Assembly (NCBI RefSeq): GCF_006345805.1
Contig: NC_043014.1
Span: 34,844,001 to 34,908,000 of the forward strand
Origin: Octopus sinensis
Taxonomy: Eukaryota
DNA: 64,000 bases
Reading direction: 5' to 3'
In this document: piece after piece, positions 37,281-51,093 of the stretch
How positions within the stretch are numbered: position 1 is the stretch's first letter
How the letters are laid out: every line of letters begins with the position of its first letter
Translations under genes and position numbers: made by a program
Notes under the pieces: model-generated
What the model was told of the DNA's origin: nothing
The model's database searches: none
What the model saw: the letters and a program-made list of their open reading frames with translations, nothing else

Positions 37281-37782
37281 AATCATATTTTTATTTTCCC
37301 TGTATTTTTAAGATATGCTTTTTCCTTCTCTGTTTTTCTTAACAATGGATAACATGTCTGAAATGTTCCTGTCTCTTTGATTTAATTTTGTATTGCTATT
37401 GTATGTGCTGGTGTATAAGATGATCTTTTTTAATTCTTAAATGTAACAAAAAATTGCCATGTGTCAACTGCAACTGTATTTTGGATGGGATACTGAGTGT
37501 GTGAGTGTACGATGAAAATATTCTTGTAAAGCAAGGTTGCATCTTATGCAAGAGGGTGTCTTACATACCAGCAAATATGGTAGTCTATTTTGCTTGTCTA
37601 TTGCCTTCAGGATTATATACCATACTGACACAGATTACACAGCTACTGGAATTCTTAAAATGACACAGTCTCTCAGATTGTTACATAGCTTTTGTTTGCA
37701 TGATTAAAAATGGAACAAATTACCTATCAGTTATCAGTTATTTCTGCACTACTCCTTCAAGTTTTTCTAACACTGTTCTTAC

Positions 37783-37837
37783 CTGTTCTACACAGTGACA
37801 CTTGGTATTTTACTGATGATATAAACACACTTAATCT
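37783..37837 (-). other. Candidate 55-nt internal exon
   Basis: Long pyrimidine-rich acceptor ending tttactactttacag| and consensus donor CAG|GTAAGA. Only open frame: RLSVFISSVKYQVSLCRT. Confidence 0.45.
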
Positions 37838-37995
37838 CTGTAAAGTAGTAAAATTAAATGTAAAAAAGAATAAAGATAAATGAATATATTCCTTTCAAAA
37901 TACGCTGACATCTCTATGACAACATGTTATAAATGATATTTGAATAAGATAAGTTTGGAGATTTTTAAACTTTAGTAAGCTTTAAAAGATACACT

Positions 37996-38203
37996 CTTTA
38001 CTCCTTACTCTTTTACTTGTTTCAGTCATTTGACTGCGGCCATTCTGGAGCACCGCCTTTAATCGAGCAACTCGACCCCGGGACTTATTCTTTTGTAAGC
38101 CCAGTACTTATTCGATCGGTGTCTTTTGCCGAACCGCTAAGTAACGGGGACATAAACACACCAGCATCGGTTGTCAAGCGATACTAGGGGGACAGACACA
38201 CAA

Positions 38204-38265
<62 letters not shown>

Positions 38266-38428
38266 CGACAGGTCTCTTTCAGTTTCCGTTTACCAAATCC
38301 ACTCACAAGGCATTGGTCGGCCCGGGGCTATAGCTGAAGACACTTGCCCAAGATGCCACACAGTGGGACTGAACCCGGAACCATGTGGTTGGTTAGCAAG
38401 TTACTTACCACACAGCCACTCCTGTGCC
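37996..38428 (-). mobile_element. SINE family A, full length
   Basis: Reverse complement of 8094-8480. Confidence 0.9.
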
Positions 38429-39111
38429 TATGTATATCATTTGTTATAAAATGAGAGTAGTAGATAGCAGAACTGGTAGAGAACTGAAATAAATGTCTCA
38501 CAGTATTTAGTTACATCTCTTTACATTCTGAGTTCAAATCTTATTCAAACCAACTTTGCCTTTTACCCTTCCAAGGTCTTATAAAATGAAGTACCAGTTT
38601 ATTCAATTTGTTATACCTCCCTCCTTGTTCCCTGGAAATTTGTGGCTTTGTATCACTATAATAAATCCTTTCTATGAGTGGAGTCTTTAGTGTATTTGTA
38701 GAAATAATAGAGCACTTTGCAATATTTTGTGTCATCTTCTCTGCGTTCCACATTCAAATCTCTCCTTAGTCACCTTTATTTTTTTTTAACCTTCCTGAGG
38801 CAATAAATTAAGTAACAGGTGTATGCTGGAGTTAATTCCATTAAGTTCACTCTACAGAGTTAGGAAGGGCATCCAGCTGTAAAAACCCTGCCAAAACAGA
38901 CACAGTAGCTGAGGATAGTCTTCTACCTGGTTGGCTTCTGTCGACTGTTCTACCCATGCATGCATGGAAGAGGGACGTTAAACGATGATGATGATGAGTG
39001 GTATGCATCTACTGCTTTTCATAATTTCTGACATTGTACTAATGAAAGAAGATTATTATTCTGTGTGAAGTTTCTATGAAAGTTCCACTGAGAGGTAGGA
39101 CCCTTAACACA

Positions 39112-39560
39112 TTGAGTACACAAAAGTGTAGACATAAGCCTATAGCAGGTTGAGTACAAAAGCGGCGAGCTGGCAGAATCATTAGCACGCCGGGTAAAAT
39201 GCGTAGCCGTATTTCGTCTGCCGTTACGTTCTGAGTTCAAATTCTGCCGTGGTCAACTTTGCCTTTCATCCTTTTAGGGGTCGATTAAATAAGTACCAGT
39301 TATGCACTGGGGTCGATATAATCGACTTAATCCGTTTGTCTGTCCTTGTTTGTCCCCTCTGTGTTTAGCTCCTTGTGGGTAGTAAAAAAATAGATTGAGT
39401 ACAAAAGAGGATAGATGTAAGGGTTCCTGCAGATTGAGTGTACGACAGTGTAGGGGTAAGGCCCATAGCAGGTAGAGTGCACCTCAGCGGAAGTAAGACT
39501 CCTTGTAGATTGAGTATTTAGTTGTATAGGTGTTATACCCCTAGTGGGTTGAGTATACAG
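39112..39560. repeat. Degenerate ~38-39-bp minisatellite (core TTGAGT) interrupted by a SINE
   Basis: Cores at 39112, 39150, 39395, 39434, 39473, 39510 and 39549. Confidence 0.7.
39163..39394 (+). mobile_element. SINE family B, full length, with 13-bp TSD
   Basis: TTGAGTACAAAAG at 39150-39162 and 39395-39407 flanks the element. Confidence 0.92.
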
Positions 39561-42500
39561 CAAAATATTGTTTTTTAGGAAAGTTTGATAATCATAATAT
39601 CATTCACACCACTGTTAACTTTAGGCAGAGATTAACCACCACAATTTTGTATTTCTCTTTTCCTATATCTTTGTATTTCTCTTTCCCCTGTATCTTGTTG
39701 CTTGTAATGAGAAGTAGTTATGAGTGAAGTTAGTTCTATCATAGTTTTTAATGTTGTTAGTGAACCCTAGGGCTGCTCTGGTCAAACAAATATGGTCTAA
39801 AGGCTTTCTATCCATGACTACCCCTTTTAATATTTTTCAGATATAATGCATTTAATGCCTTGTGTTTTTCTGAACCAGTAGGGTATGATTTTTAATGAGT
39901 AACCACATAAGGCTCTCATATTGTCTCAGCTTTATTTTATATTTGTATATCCTTTGTAAGTAACAGTTTAGGAATCTGAAACCACTTGCAGTTTTCCTTG
40001 ACAATTTTTGCTTAAGTTTTAAGAGAATAAATAAATTTTCCTTTATGTTAATTTTAGTTATTCATTATCTTGTTATTTTGTTTTTGTATTTGGTTTACAT
40101 GATTCTTGATATGAATTCATATATTGAAACATATTTTGTTGTATCTTGGAAAGGTCATTATGCCAATTATGAACACATGCACTGGTTCTATTTCACTTCT
40201 TTTATTATTATTAGTCAACCAATTAACTGTTTAACTAATTGTTTGAGTAATTGCTTGGTCAGTCAATCAGCTAGGTGTGTCAAAATTGTTTTGTTGTCAT
40301 GAATGACATGCCCTCTCTACACCAAGACTGCTTCAGCTTTAGCTGAGTAGTTAAATGGTTAACCAATTAGCTCATGATGATAAGGAAGTGAAATAGAACC
40401 TGTGCATGTGTTTATAATTGGTATAATGACCCTATCAAGATACAACAAAATAAATTATTTTTGTTGCTTTTCATTTCTAATGATAAATATTTTGGTAGCT
40501 GCTGATGTTGATTAATTCTAGATCATCCTTGATTGGAAGGACATATAACACTGCAACAAAATTTTAATTTTTTTTTTTTGTCTTTGGTCAGTTAGTGTTA
40601 TTTCCTATTTGTTTCTATCTAGAAATCAAAGGAAATGACTAATATTCCCTTCAGACTTTGCTTTTGTGACCTGGACATCAATGTTTTGAAACTGACTTAT
40701 TTTTCACTACATTTCAGACACTCAGTACTGAGTTGTTGAAGTAGAAATATCATTACAGCAAATATTCTACTCAATACCACAGATTTTCTTGTCAGTTGCT
40801 TGACCATAATCACTTGAGCATGTCCCCTTTTGGCTGACAATATGTGCATCTCTGATCATGAGCAGGAGTAATGGGGGAGGCATCATAGCTATACGTTGAT
40901 AAGGATTCTTTGGGGTTTGAATAAATGTAACAAAAGCAAAATTTGAAGGAAATTTTAGCCATTTTTCACACTATGAGCAAGCAAATAGGAAATAACAGTT
41001 GCTACCCAAGGACAGAAATTGTGTTACATAGTGTAATCAAAGACATTCAAACTATACCTATCATATATATCAGTTAGGTTTGGTGTAATTTAAAGGGGAT
41101 TTGGTTACTTCTTTTAGTAGTTTGAGTCACTACATAGAAGTTATTTCATTGAATCACAGATAATTATTGTATTTTTGTGAAAATATTTTCATTAATTAGT
41201 CTATCAAATCAGCCATGGAATTACTCTACTAATTGTTGAACTATTGTTTTGTCACTAGAAGGTTTCATTTTGATATTCAGAGATTGCTATTTGATGGAAC
41301 AGGTGTGTAACATTCTCACAGTTCTCTGTTGGTGTATGTTGAGAGGGAGAGAGAAACACACACACACGTGTGCATGCGTGCGCGCACACACGCGCACACA
41401 ATCGATATGCAAATGAACCTTTTATTAGCCGAATCAAAAAAGTGTTGAGGGTTGATAGCAGATGGTTGTTTAGCTGAGAGAGTGGTAGGAGAGTGAGAAA
41501 GAAAGAGGGAGAGTGGGAGGGGAGAGAGAGAGAGAGAAAGAGAGCAAGCAAGGGAGGAATGGAGGAATACTTGATGTGAGTCTGTTTGAACAGAATTCAG
41601 AAAAGTTAAGTTAACCTGTGTCAACAGAGAGACAGTGATGGAAACAGTATTGGTGATATCAAATATTTACATAAGTATCACAAGACTTAAAGCTTTGGAG
41701 GAGTAAGGAAATGATATATTCTCCATCTATGGATTGTGTGTGTGTGTGTGTGAGAGGCACACACTCACACACACATTATTCAAGTAAAGAATTCTTTGAA
41801 TTAAATGCAGTGAATAACCTTGAACTAATAGCTGATTAAAAAATGTGACATCTGTGAACTGTATTGGACTGGCACATTGTAGGAGTCATGTTCTATTATA
41901 TATGTCTTGTGTTCTATTATGTGTTTTGGACATTTCACTTGCACATTGTCTCAGTTCACCTGGAACAACTATGAGATTTTCAGATTGTGTTACTTTGAGA
42001 GATATTGGCAGCCTATCTAGTTGCAGCTTTATCTCACTTCTGCATGGTGTTCTGCCAATGATTTTCACATTGACGGAAGGTCAAAATTCATCTGAGGTGT
42101 ATAGCTTATGATTTGGCCTAAATGCTTTTTCTGAAGCTCTAATGATTCTGCTTTTTTCTGATGTTCTAATGACTCTGCCATCTTGGTACCCTTTTCTCCT
42201 ACTTAGAAAAACTTACTCAGGGTAGGCCCAATCAGCCATACCAGTCTTCCTACCGCTCTTCCCCACCTTTCATTAAGCATATTGGAAGGCAGCGCCTCTC
42301 TCTCTCTACTTTCAATTTTCTCAAGTACCACTTGAAGAACTCAAGGGTGTGACCAAGGGAATCAAAAATATGAAGAAAAAGAAGGGCATTGGAGGGGCAA
42401 TGCATACCCTGCATGCAGATAGATTTTTGTGCTAATTATTTTTGTGAAAATGTTAAATTATGAGTTGGCAAAGAAATATAAATGTTATTTTAGGGTGTTT

Positions 42501-42981
42501 GGAATTAAAATTAAGAAAAAATAACATAAAATGAAGATTCTTCTCCAATTGTTCACTAAAGAATCATGCGTGTTAAAAAAAAACAACTTTCTATTTCAAT
42601 AGTTTTACAGTGAAATGCTAATATACAAGTTGACAAAGAAAATCAAAGGTTGTTTTGGAAAGTTCAACATACAGTTTGCATATGACTAAATAAATGCTTA
42701 TTCAAATAATAATCATGATTATGAAAAAGAAAGTGAACAAAATGAAATACTTATAGAAAATATTGTTTTGAATGTCTTTTAATGATGGCAGGTGAATCAA
42801 ATGTACTGTAGTTCATTGTAGGATATAAATAATATGATCACTTGATTATCAGGAAATTTGTAAGTTCGATTTTTTTTCAATCCCCCCCTTTTTTTTTGTT
42901 AAGTATCACTATTATATGTATTTATAATCTGGTAAAATTAAGAAATCAACTTGTAAATAGATGAAGCCCTTGAATCCATCA

Positions 42982-43043
<62 letters not shown>

Positions 43044-43047
43044 CTAT

Positions 43048-43099
<52 letters not shown>

Positions 43100-44789
43100 A
43101 CTATGTATGTATGTATGTATATATGTTTGAAGATAATCAAACCAAATTTTCATCATTTTGAGCCACTGACCCAATGAGTATTTCTGCCAACTTTGGTGAA
43201 AATCCATTCAACCATTTTCCAGTAATTTTGCAAACAAACAGACAAAGATAAGTGATTACAATACCCTGCTTTCATTTATGTCCACAGAGTAATAAGTACT
43301 TCTGCCTTAGCCACTGAGCAGAGAAAAACTAGCTGCCTTTTTCTACTAAAGGAAGATGGTATATAAATTTTCACTATAGACTTGACTGATAACAAGCAAC
43401 AACAGCTGCTCAAGATAAGCCTACAAGTTTGAATGACAGTGTGTAGAATGGTTTCATTCCCCTGTGTGTATCACAGACAGGTTCAGCTTTTGGCACTTCT
43501 GTGTCACTGAAGTTGTCTTGAACAGGTAATCTTCCCCTGTAGCACTGCCATATTAAGGACTTTTGGATGTTGCCAATAGTGCCTGACTGAAAAGTTGTGC
43601 AGAAGTTACTGCTTAGACAATTCTTATTGAAGTTGTTCCTAAGCAATTGTTGCTCATACTCTACACTACTTTAGACTGCAAAAGTTGTTTTCCTGTTGAT
43701 CATGTTGTCCAGCTGGTAAAGTGCTGTGAGTGCCTGGCAACATTCTAGATGTAGATGTCCAACCTTATTATTTGGGTGGAGGGTTGGTAGATTCAGCAGA
43801 GTGTCAAGCAAAATGTCTTGCAATTTTTGTTTTGGCCTTTTAATATCTGAGTTCAAATCCCAGTAAGCTTAGGTCAACTTTGCTTGTCATCCTTTAGGGG
43901 TGGATAAAGTAGAGTAATTTGGGTACTAGACCACAAATTTTGGTGGAAGAGTATAATCAACTAAATCTAATATGTGGCTACTACTTATTTTATTCATCAC
44001 AGAAGGATGAAAAGCAAAGTCGAACTTGACAGAAATTGAACTCAAAACCAAAAGGATAAAGCTAAATATTGCAGGGTACTGAGTCTGACACTCTACCATT
44101 TCTGTTTGCTGTGTGCTCAATTTAATTACATAATTAATTGTATACCAATAACAACTATTACTACTATTATGGTAATAAGCTTCTTTCTAATGCCAAAAAC
44201 AAATTCTCTAAATCCTTCTAAACCAGCTGAAACTGCAATATTATAATGTCAAAGTAGCTGTCTGGAACTTGGTATAAAATATGAATATATTGATGTTAGT
44301 GGTGGCAGTGGTTGCAACAAGGCAGCTAATGATACTGGCAAATGTGAATATGAGAATGTTGATGATGAATTTTGAAGCTATGATGATGGTTGCAGTTCTG
44401 ATAAGGGTGATTGTCGTTGTGATGATGATGATGATGATGATGATGACTGTGTTTGTGATGATGATGGAGATGATGACAGTGAATGACAATGTTGGTAGTT
44501 TTTTTAAAGTGTTTAGGTTTATAGTTGAAATATGGAGAAGAAAGCCTAATATATCCAGTTTAGGGCCACAACCATAACCCATGTCACCTGGTTATTGGGG
44601 CATTTTTTAACATCCAAACCACGCCATGTGGTTTCTTCCTGGTTTGTCCATATTTTGCCTACAGATGTTCTTCAAAATAGCTGTAGTACGATCTGAACTT
44701 ACAGTCATGAGATCAGTAGATCAGCATCTCAACCGCACAACCACTTAAAGTTCCTTCTCATTTTTAATTCTTCTGACTAGAAGAAATAA

Positions 44790-46560
44790 TAATAATGATA
44801 ATAAATTTTTCTGCTGTAGGCACAAGGCCTGAAATTTTGCAGGAGGGGGTTAATTGATTACATTGACTTCAGTGCTTAACTGGTACTTATTTTATGACCC
44901 TGAAGAGATGAAAAGCAAAGTTGACTTTGTTGGATTTTGAACTCAGAACCTAAAGCTGGAAGAAATGCCACTAAACATATTGTCTGGTGTTCTAACATTT
45001 CTGCTAGCTTGCTGCCTTAGAAAAAAATAATTCTTTCTACTTATAGGCACAAAGCCTGAAATTTTGAGAGAAGGGGGAAAGTCAATTGCCTTGACTCCGG
45101 TACTTTGATATATCAACCCTAAAAGGATGAAAGGCAAAGTTGATCTTGTCAGGATTTGAACTCAGAATATAAAGATCTGGAAGAAATGTCACTAAGCAAC
45201 TTGTTTGATGTACTTATGATTCTGTCATTTAATTACAAATAATTATTTCTAATTTAGGCACAAGGCCAGCAGCTTTAAAGAAAAGGGTTAGTTGATATCA
45301 TTGACCCTAGTACTTGACTATGATTCTGAAAGGATAAAAAGCATAGTTGACTTCAGCCAAGTTTTGAACCTGGAGTACAAAGATTCAGAACAAATACTGC
45401 TGCTGCATGCAATGGCTTCTGCTTTAGGCATAAGAGCAGCAATTTTGATGGGGTGGGCTTTAATTAATATCATTTAGTTTACCAACTCCAAAAGGATGAA
45501 AGGCTAAGTTAACTCGAGTGGGATTTGAACTTAGAATGTAAAGAGCTGGAACAAATACAGTAAAACATTTTTCCTGATGCTTAAATAATTCTGCCAATCT
45601 ACAGTCCTGATGATGATGATGATGATGATGATAATGATTACAAATTTTGTTACAAGGCCAGCAACTTTAGAAGAGAGGGTAAATTGATTATATCAACCCC
45701 AGTGCTCAACTGGTACTTATTTTATTGATCCCAAAAGAATGAAAAGCAAAGTCAACCGTAGCAGAACTTGAACTCAGAACATAAAGTAGCCAGAAAATAT
45801 GCTGTTAAGCATTTTGTCTGATGCACTGACTCTTTCAACTTACTGCCTTAATAATAATAATAATAATAATAATTCTTTCTACTTTAGACATATGGCCTGA
45901 AATTTGGAGGTAGTTTAATCGCATATAATAACAACCATCCTTTCTACTCTAGGCATAGGGCCTGAAATTTGGAGGAGGGGACTAATCGATTATATCAACT
46001 CCAGTGTTTCACTGGTACTTAATTTATTGATCTCCAAAAGGATGAAAGGCAAAGACGACCTTGGCAGAATTTGAACTCAGAATGGAGCAACAGGCAAAAT
46101 ACCACTAATTATTTTGTCCAGCATGCTAACAATTCTGCCAGCTCACCACCTTATATAATAACAATAATAATAATAATAATAATAAAAATAATGGTTTCAA
46201 ATTTTGGCACAAGGCCAGCAATTTCGGGGAGGAGGTAATTCGAGTACATTGACCCCAATGTACATTGATCTCAGAAGGATGGAAGGCAAAGTCGACCTCA
46301 GCAGCATTTCAATTCAGAATGTAGAGCTGAAAGAAATGCAGTTAAGCATTTTACCCAGCATGCTAATGATTCTGCCAGCTCACATCAAATTAATTAAATC
46401 AACTCTGGTGCTCAAATGGTACTTATTTTATTGACACCCAAAAGGATGAAAGGCAAAGTCAACCTCAGCAGAATTTGAACTCAAAATGTAGAGATGGACG
46501 AAATGCTGTGAAGCATTTTGCCTGGCATGCTAACAATTCTGCCAGCTTGCAGCCTTAATA
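44790..46560 (-). mobile_element. Head-to-tail train of ~8 family-B SINEs separated by (AAT)n/(GAT)n tracts
   Basis: Repeated GCACAAGGCC...ACTGGTACTT...GATGAAAGGCAAAGT...TTGAACTCAGAA...TTCTGCCAGCT blocks every ~200-250 bp, all in one orientation. Confidence 0.85.
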
Positions 46561-47090
46561 ATAATAATAATAACAACAAGTGTTTCTAATCTAGGTACAA
46601 GGCTAAATGATGATTGTTCTATCACTGACATGAGACCCACACATTTGTGGGTGGAGGATTTGCAGTTGATTATATTGGCCCCCCTAGTATTTGACTTGCA
46701 CTTTATTTTATCAACTTTGTTGAGATTTGAACTCGGGATGTAGTAATAGTTGTTGAAGTAGCAGTAATACTAACAACGGTACTAATACCAAGAGTAGTAG
46801 TAATGATTACAATAATAGATTTATTAGTAATAGTAGTGGCACTGGTTGAATATGTAGCAGTGTTTAAAGATAAATCTGTTGAGGCCCTTCCTTGTGCTTG
46901 GTGCCTGCTCGACTGCCTGTCAGACGTGACTTAGCTTTAATGTAGTGCCTAGCAAAGCTACATGCATATTTATGGTGCATATGTTAACATTAAGCAGCTC
47001 TTAACGCCAATCCAATTTGCATTCATTTCAATATGGCATTTATTTATTTCCTTTTTTTTTTGTATTCTTGTTTTCTTTCCTTTTCTGTTT

Positions 47091-47166
<76 letters not shown>

Positions 47167-47620
47167 CAATGTATTTGTATGCATGTCTGTGAGTTTGTGT
47201 GTGTGTGTGATGTAGCTGAGAGGACATGAGATGATGTACTCTTTGTGTCTGTATTTGTGTAAAGACTAGAGTGTGCATATGTTTCTGGTTACATCTGTGC
47301 TATAGCGAGTCCTACAGGTGTATGTATACATGTTTATGTATTAGATCTAGTAACTTTTGCAGGTGTATGTGTATGTATGAGTGTGTGTGTGTGTGTGTCT
47401 ATAAGTTCTGGTGACTTCTGAAAGTGTACACGTGCATGTGTATATTATCAGCCATTATAACTTGTGTGTGTGTATATGTAACTGTGGTAACTTTAGTATG
47501 TGTGTATGTTAGTCTGAGGTGTAATAACTTTTATATCAGGCTGATGTGTGTCTATAGGAAGCATATAGAATAGTTTATTTATATCTGTCTATGAGTTATT
47601 GAGTGACTCTGCATATGTAT

Positions 47621-47667
<47 letters not shown>

Positions 47668-47819
47668 TCTATTAAACAATAGTAAATTGTTTTGCCTGTG
47701 TGTGTGTGTATGTGAGAGAGTTTCTCAATATCTGTCTATCTGTCTCTAGTTTGTCTCTTTCTCTGTCAGTCTGTCATGGGTGTGGGGATACCAGTTGGTA
47801 GAAGAGAAAGTTTTTTTTT

Positions 47820-48460
47820 CTTTTTAAAATGTTTCCTCTCCTCCCACCAGTTTTATCTGTCATTTTATCTCATCTTTTTTCCCCTACCCCCAACTCCCAC
47901 CCAATTCTATATCTGTCCACTCCCTTCTCTTCATACTCTTCTACCACTTCTATATTTGTGTTTCTTGCCCCCCCCCGCTTCTATAAATTAACACCATCAC
48001 TACCATACCACTATCATCCCCTGACTTCCCCTTCCCCCCACGTCTGTCCGGATTTGACCACCACTACAATCACCACTATCACCCCCATTACTATCTGTCC
48101 CCCAATCTCTTCCCCTTCCTCTATATCTATTGAGCCACTACCTTCTCATCCCCCTACATCACCTCATCCCTACCTCTCCCTTTCTGTTCCCTCCCACCAT
48201 TTTTTTATATCTGTCCACTATCACCTTTCTTCATCTCCTGCTCCCACCTCTATATCTGTTCACCACCACCACCACCACCACCACCACTACTTTCTTTCTC
48301 CTACCACTTCTATATTTCCTCACCATCACCTTCTTCTCCATCTCCCTCCATCCCTCCCTCCTTCCCACCACTTCTATATCTGTCTACCACTATACTACCA
48401 CCACTGCCATTTCATCCTTTGTCCCCTCCTCCCACCTCTGTGTCTGTCCATTTATATATT
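47820..48460. repeat. Pyrimidine-rich degenerate minisatellite (CTCTATATCTGTCCAC motif, (CCA)n)
   Basis: Motif recurs about 8 times; very few G on the + strand. Confidence 0.75.
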
Positions 48461-48476
48461 CTGTAGTGTAATTCAC

Positions 48477-48830
48477 CATTGAAAATTTGCACAGTTTTTT
48501 TTTTTTCCTATCCTCATCTTTTATTCATATATGTATGTATGTAAATGGCATTTTACTGAAATTCAGTTTGCTTTTACAATTGCTACTCCGACTTCCCAGT
48601 AATTTCCTTGTTGTTGTTGATGACGTTCATATCATAGTTGTTGTTGCTGTTCGGATGTATTTGTTGAGGTTGTTGTTATCACCGCCACAGTTTGATGTTG
48701 TTCAACTGTTGCATAAGCTGACCGATTCTTCTCAGTCCTACCCCAGCTCTTTCCAAGCTTCCCTTTTTACTTCTGTAACTGCAGCTCCTCTTACTATCTC
48801 TGCCTCTCTGCTTATCAATCTCTCTTAGTC
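48477..48830 (-). other. Candidate first exon / 5'UTR of a minus-strand gene, ending ...AATG|GTGAAT
   Basis: Unique, non-repeat sequence with CAA runs and short uORFs, between CT/GA microsatellite blocks; donor at 48476. The 5' boundary is a guess. Confidence 0.3.
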
Positions 48831-49333
48831 TTGCAATCAATCTATGTATCTGTCTCACTCTGTCAGTGTATCTCATCACTCACCACAACTCTCTTTCTCT
48901 CTCACTCTCTGCATCTATTTCTTGCTTACACACATACACACGCACGCACACATGCATGCACTCACATGTGTGCACACACCTTGTCTTATTCTCTCTCTCT
49001 CTCTCTGCCAATAAGCCTTTTGGGTTCCATAATGCCATCTACTCTCCCTCTCTCTCTGCCTACCAATTTCTGTCACTGTCTATCTCTATATTTCCCCACT
49101 CCGTTTGTCTCTATCTGTGTGTGCACGTACATGTATGTATATATATATGTACACACACACACATGTATATGCATGTATGTAAATGTATATATATATGCAT
49201 ATGTTTGCATATATATATATATATACATATATGTATTATATGTATGCATGTATATGTATATACATGTTATAAATATGCATATATGCATGTATGTGTATTT
49301 ATATGTATATATGTCTGTGCACGTGCATGCATG

Positions 49334-49366
<33 letters not shown>

Positions 49367-50233
49367 CTTTCTTTGTGTCTCTCATACTCTCACATACTCA
49401 CGCTTTGTCTTAGTCTCTCTTTGCCAATAAGCCTTTTTAGTTCCATAATTCCAACAGCTTTCTGTCTCTTTTACTCAATCCCACTTTCTATCTTTCTCTC
49501 TCTCACTCTCTTTCACGTACCTCTCTCTCTTCCTCTCTCTCAATCTCTCATCCTTCATTGAGCATTTTCATAACTTGGTTCTGATTAGAAAATAATCATA
49601 AATCTTTCAAATACCAATACTTATGGGAGGTTCTTACTTTTTGTTTATGTGTTTTGTATCTTTATGTTTGAGTTTGTTTATACTTGTGTATTTGTCTGTG
49701 TTTATATATGTATATATATATGTGTGTGTGTGTGTGTTTATATGTGCTTATTTATGTATGTGTGTTTGTGTTTATGAATGTTTTTTGTTTATTGACCCTT
49801 GTCCTTTCTTCTACCTCTTCCCAGCATCAACTACATTCACTACTTGCCCTTTAATTTGTATTACAGACACACTTACACACACATACATACACACACAAAT
49901 ATATATTATATATCTATGCACATACTTATATGCATAAATATATACATATTCATATATAATTACTTGCATACATACAAACATATATATATATACATACACA
50001 CACACACACAAACACAAATAAATATGCAAATAAAATTCATATGTATATACATATGTAAAGACACACACACACATTATGATGCAAAAGAAATTCAAATAAC
50101 CTGTTTTCTAATCATTTTGAAATGACTGTTATGATAATAGACTTCTCAGTTTCAATTCCTGTCCATTTTCCATCTCCATTGTTGCTATACATTAATGTGT
50201 TGCAAAGAGCACATCGTATTTACAACCCAAACA

Positions 50234-50296
<63 letters not shown>

Positions 50297-51093
50297 GATA
50301 AAGCACAAAATCATAATCTAAAATTAAAACAAACACAAAAATAAAACAAAATATCTGGCCCTTTCCTCTTAGGGAAATATGCACCAAAGTTCTATAAAAC
50401 CTTAATTTCGCATTCAACATTAAAAGAATTACTGTTTCGACTTTAATAGAGGATTGAGCAGATAAATGAAAAGGGAGGAAAAGGTTTTGTTTATAAATAA
50501 CAATACTGTTTCTGGGATTCATTTAAGTAAAATTTGGTTTTTTTTAAAATAACATTAGCATTGGTTCTCTTATGTTTATTTTATTACTGTTCTTTTATTG
50601 AATTTTGATATTGCTAGTTTTTAAAACTGTTTTTCTTTTTTTGTGTCTTTCTGTTGCCATTGACATTGACAACTCTTTAAGTGCTGTATCTACTATAAGA
50701 ATCTCATGTAGCAAACATGTTTCCAAACTTTACTTGGTGCAAGATGAGTTGGTGGGTGGTGGGGGGACTTCTATGTAGTCTCTGAAGCTGCTAGCAATAA
50801 CTGCTAAATCTTTCTTCAAGTCTTACTCTACTGTCTTAAAAATTAAAGGACACATTTGATAATGTCACTCTAGATATACCATTGTCTCAATAAAAGATGG
50901 AATAATCACTGCTGAAAAGTCTTTGAATATAAGTTTGTTGGATTAGAATTTACTTGGGGCTAAACAGTACAATCATTCCAAGACAATGTAGGGTCCACTG
51001 ACTTGTTATTTGGTATGTTAGAAACTAGGAGTCAAACAGCTCTCAAATAACACCTTTAAAAAAGAGAAAGAAATATAGGATGATGTAGTTTAA

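Noticed and set aside
44241-44582. 113-aa and 98-aa ORFs with Ile/Thr or Met/Val runs
   Set aside because: Translation of a decayed (GAT)n microsatellite.
47776-50125. Many overlapping ORFs of 60-217 aa
   Set aside because: Products of CT-, CA- and AT-rich low-complexity sequence lacking stop codons.
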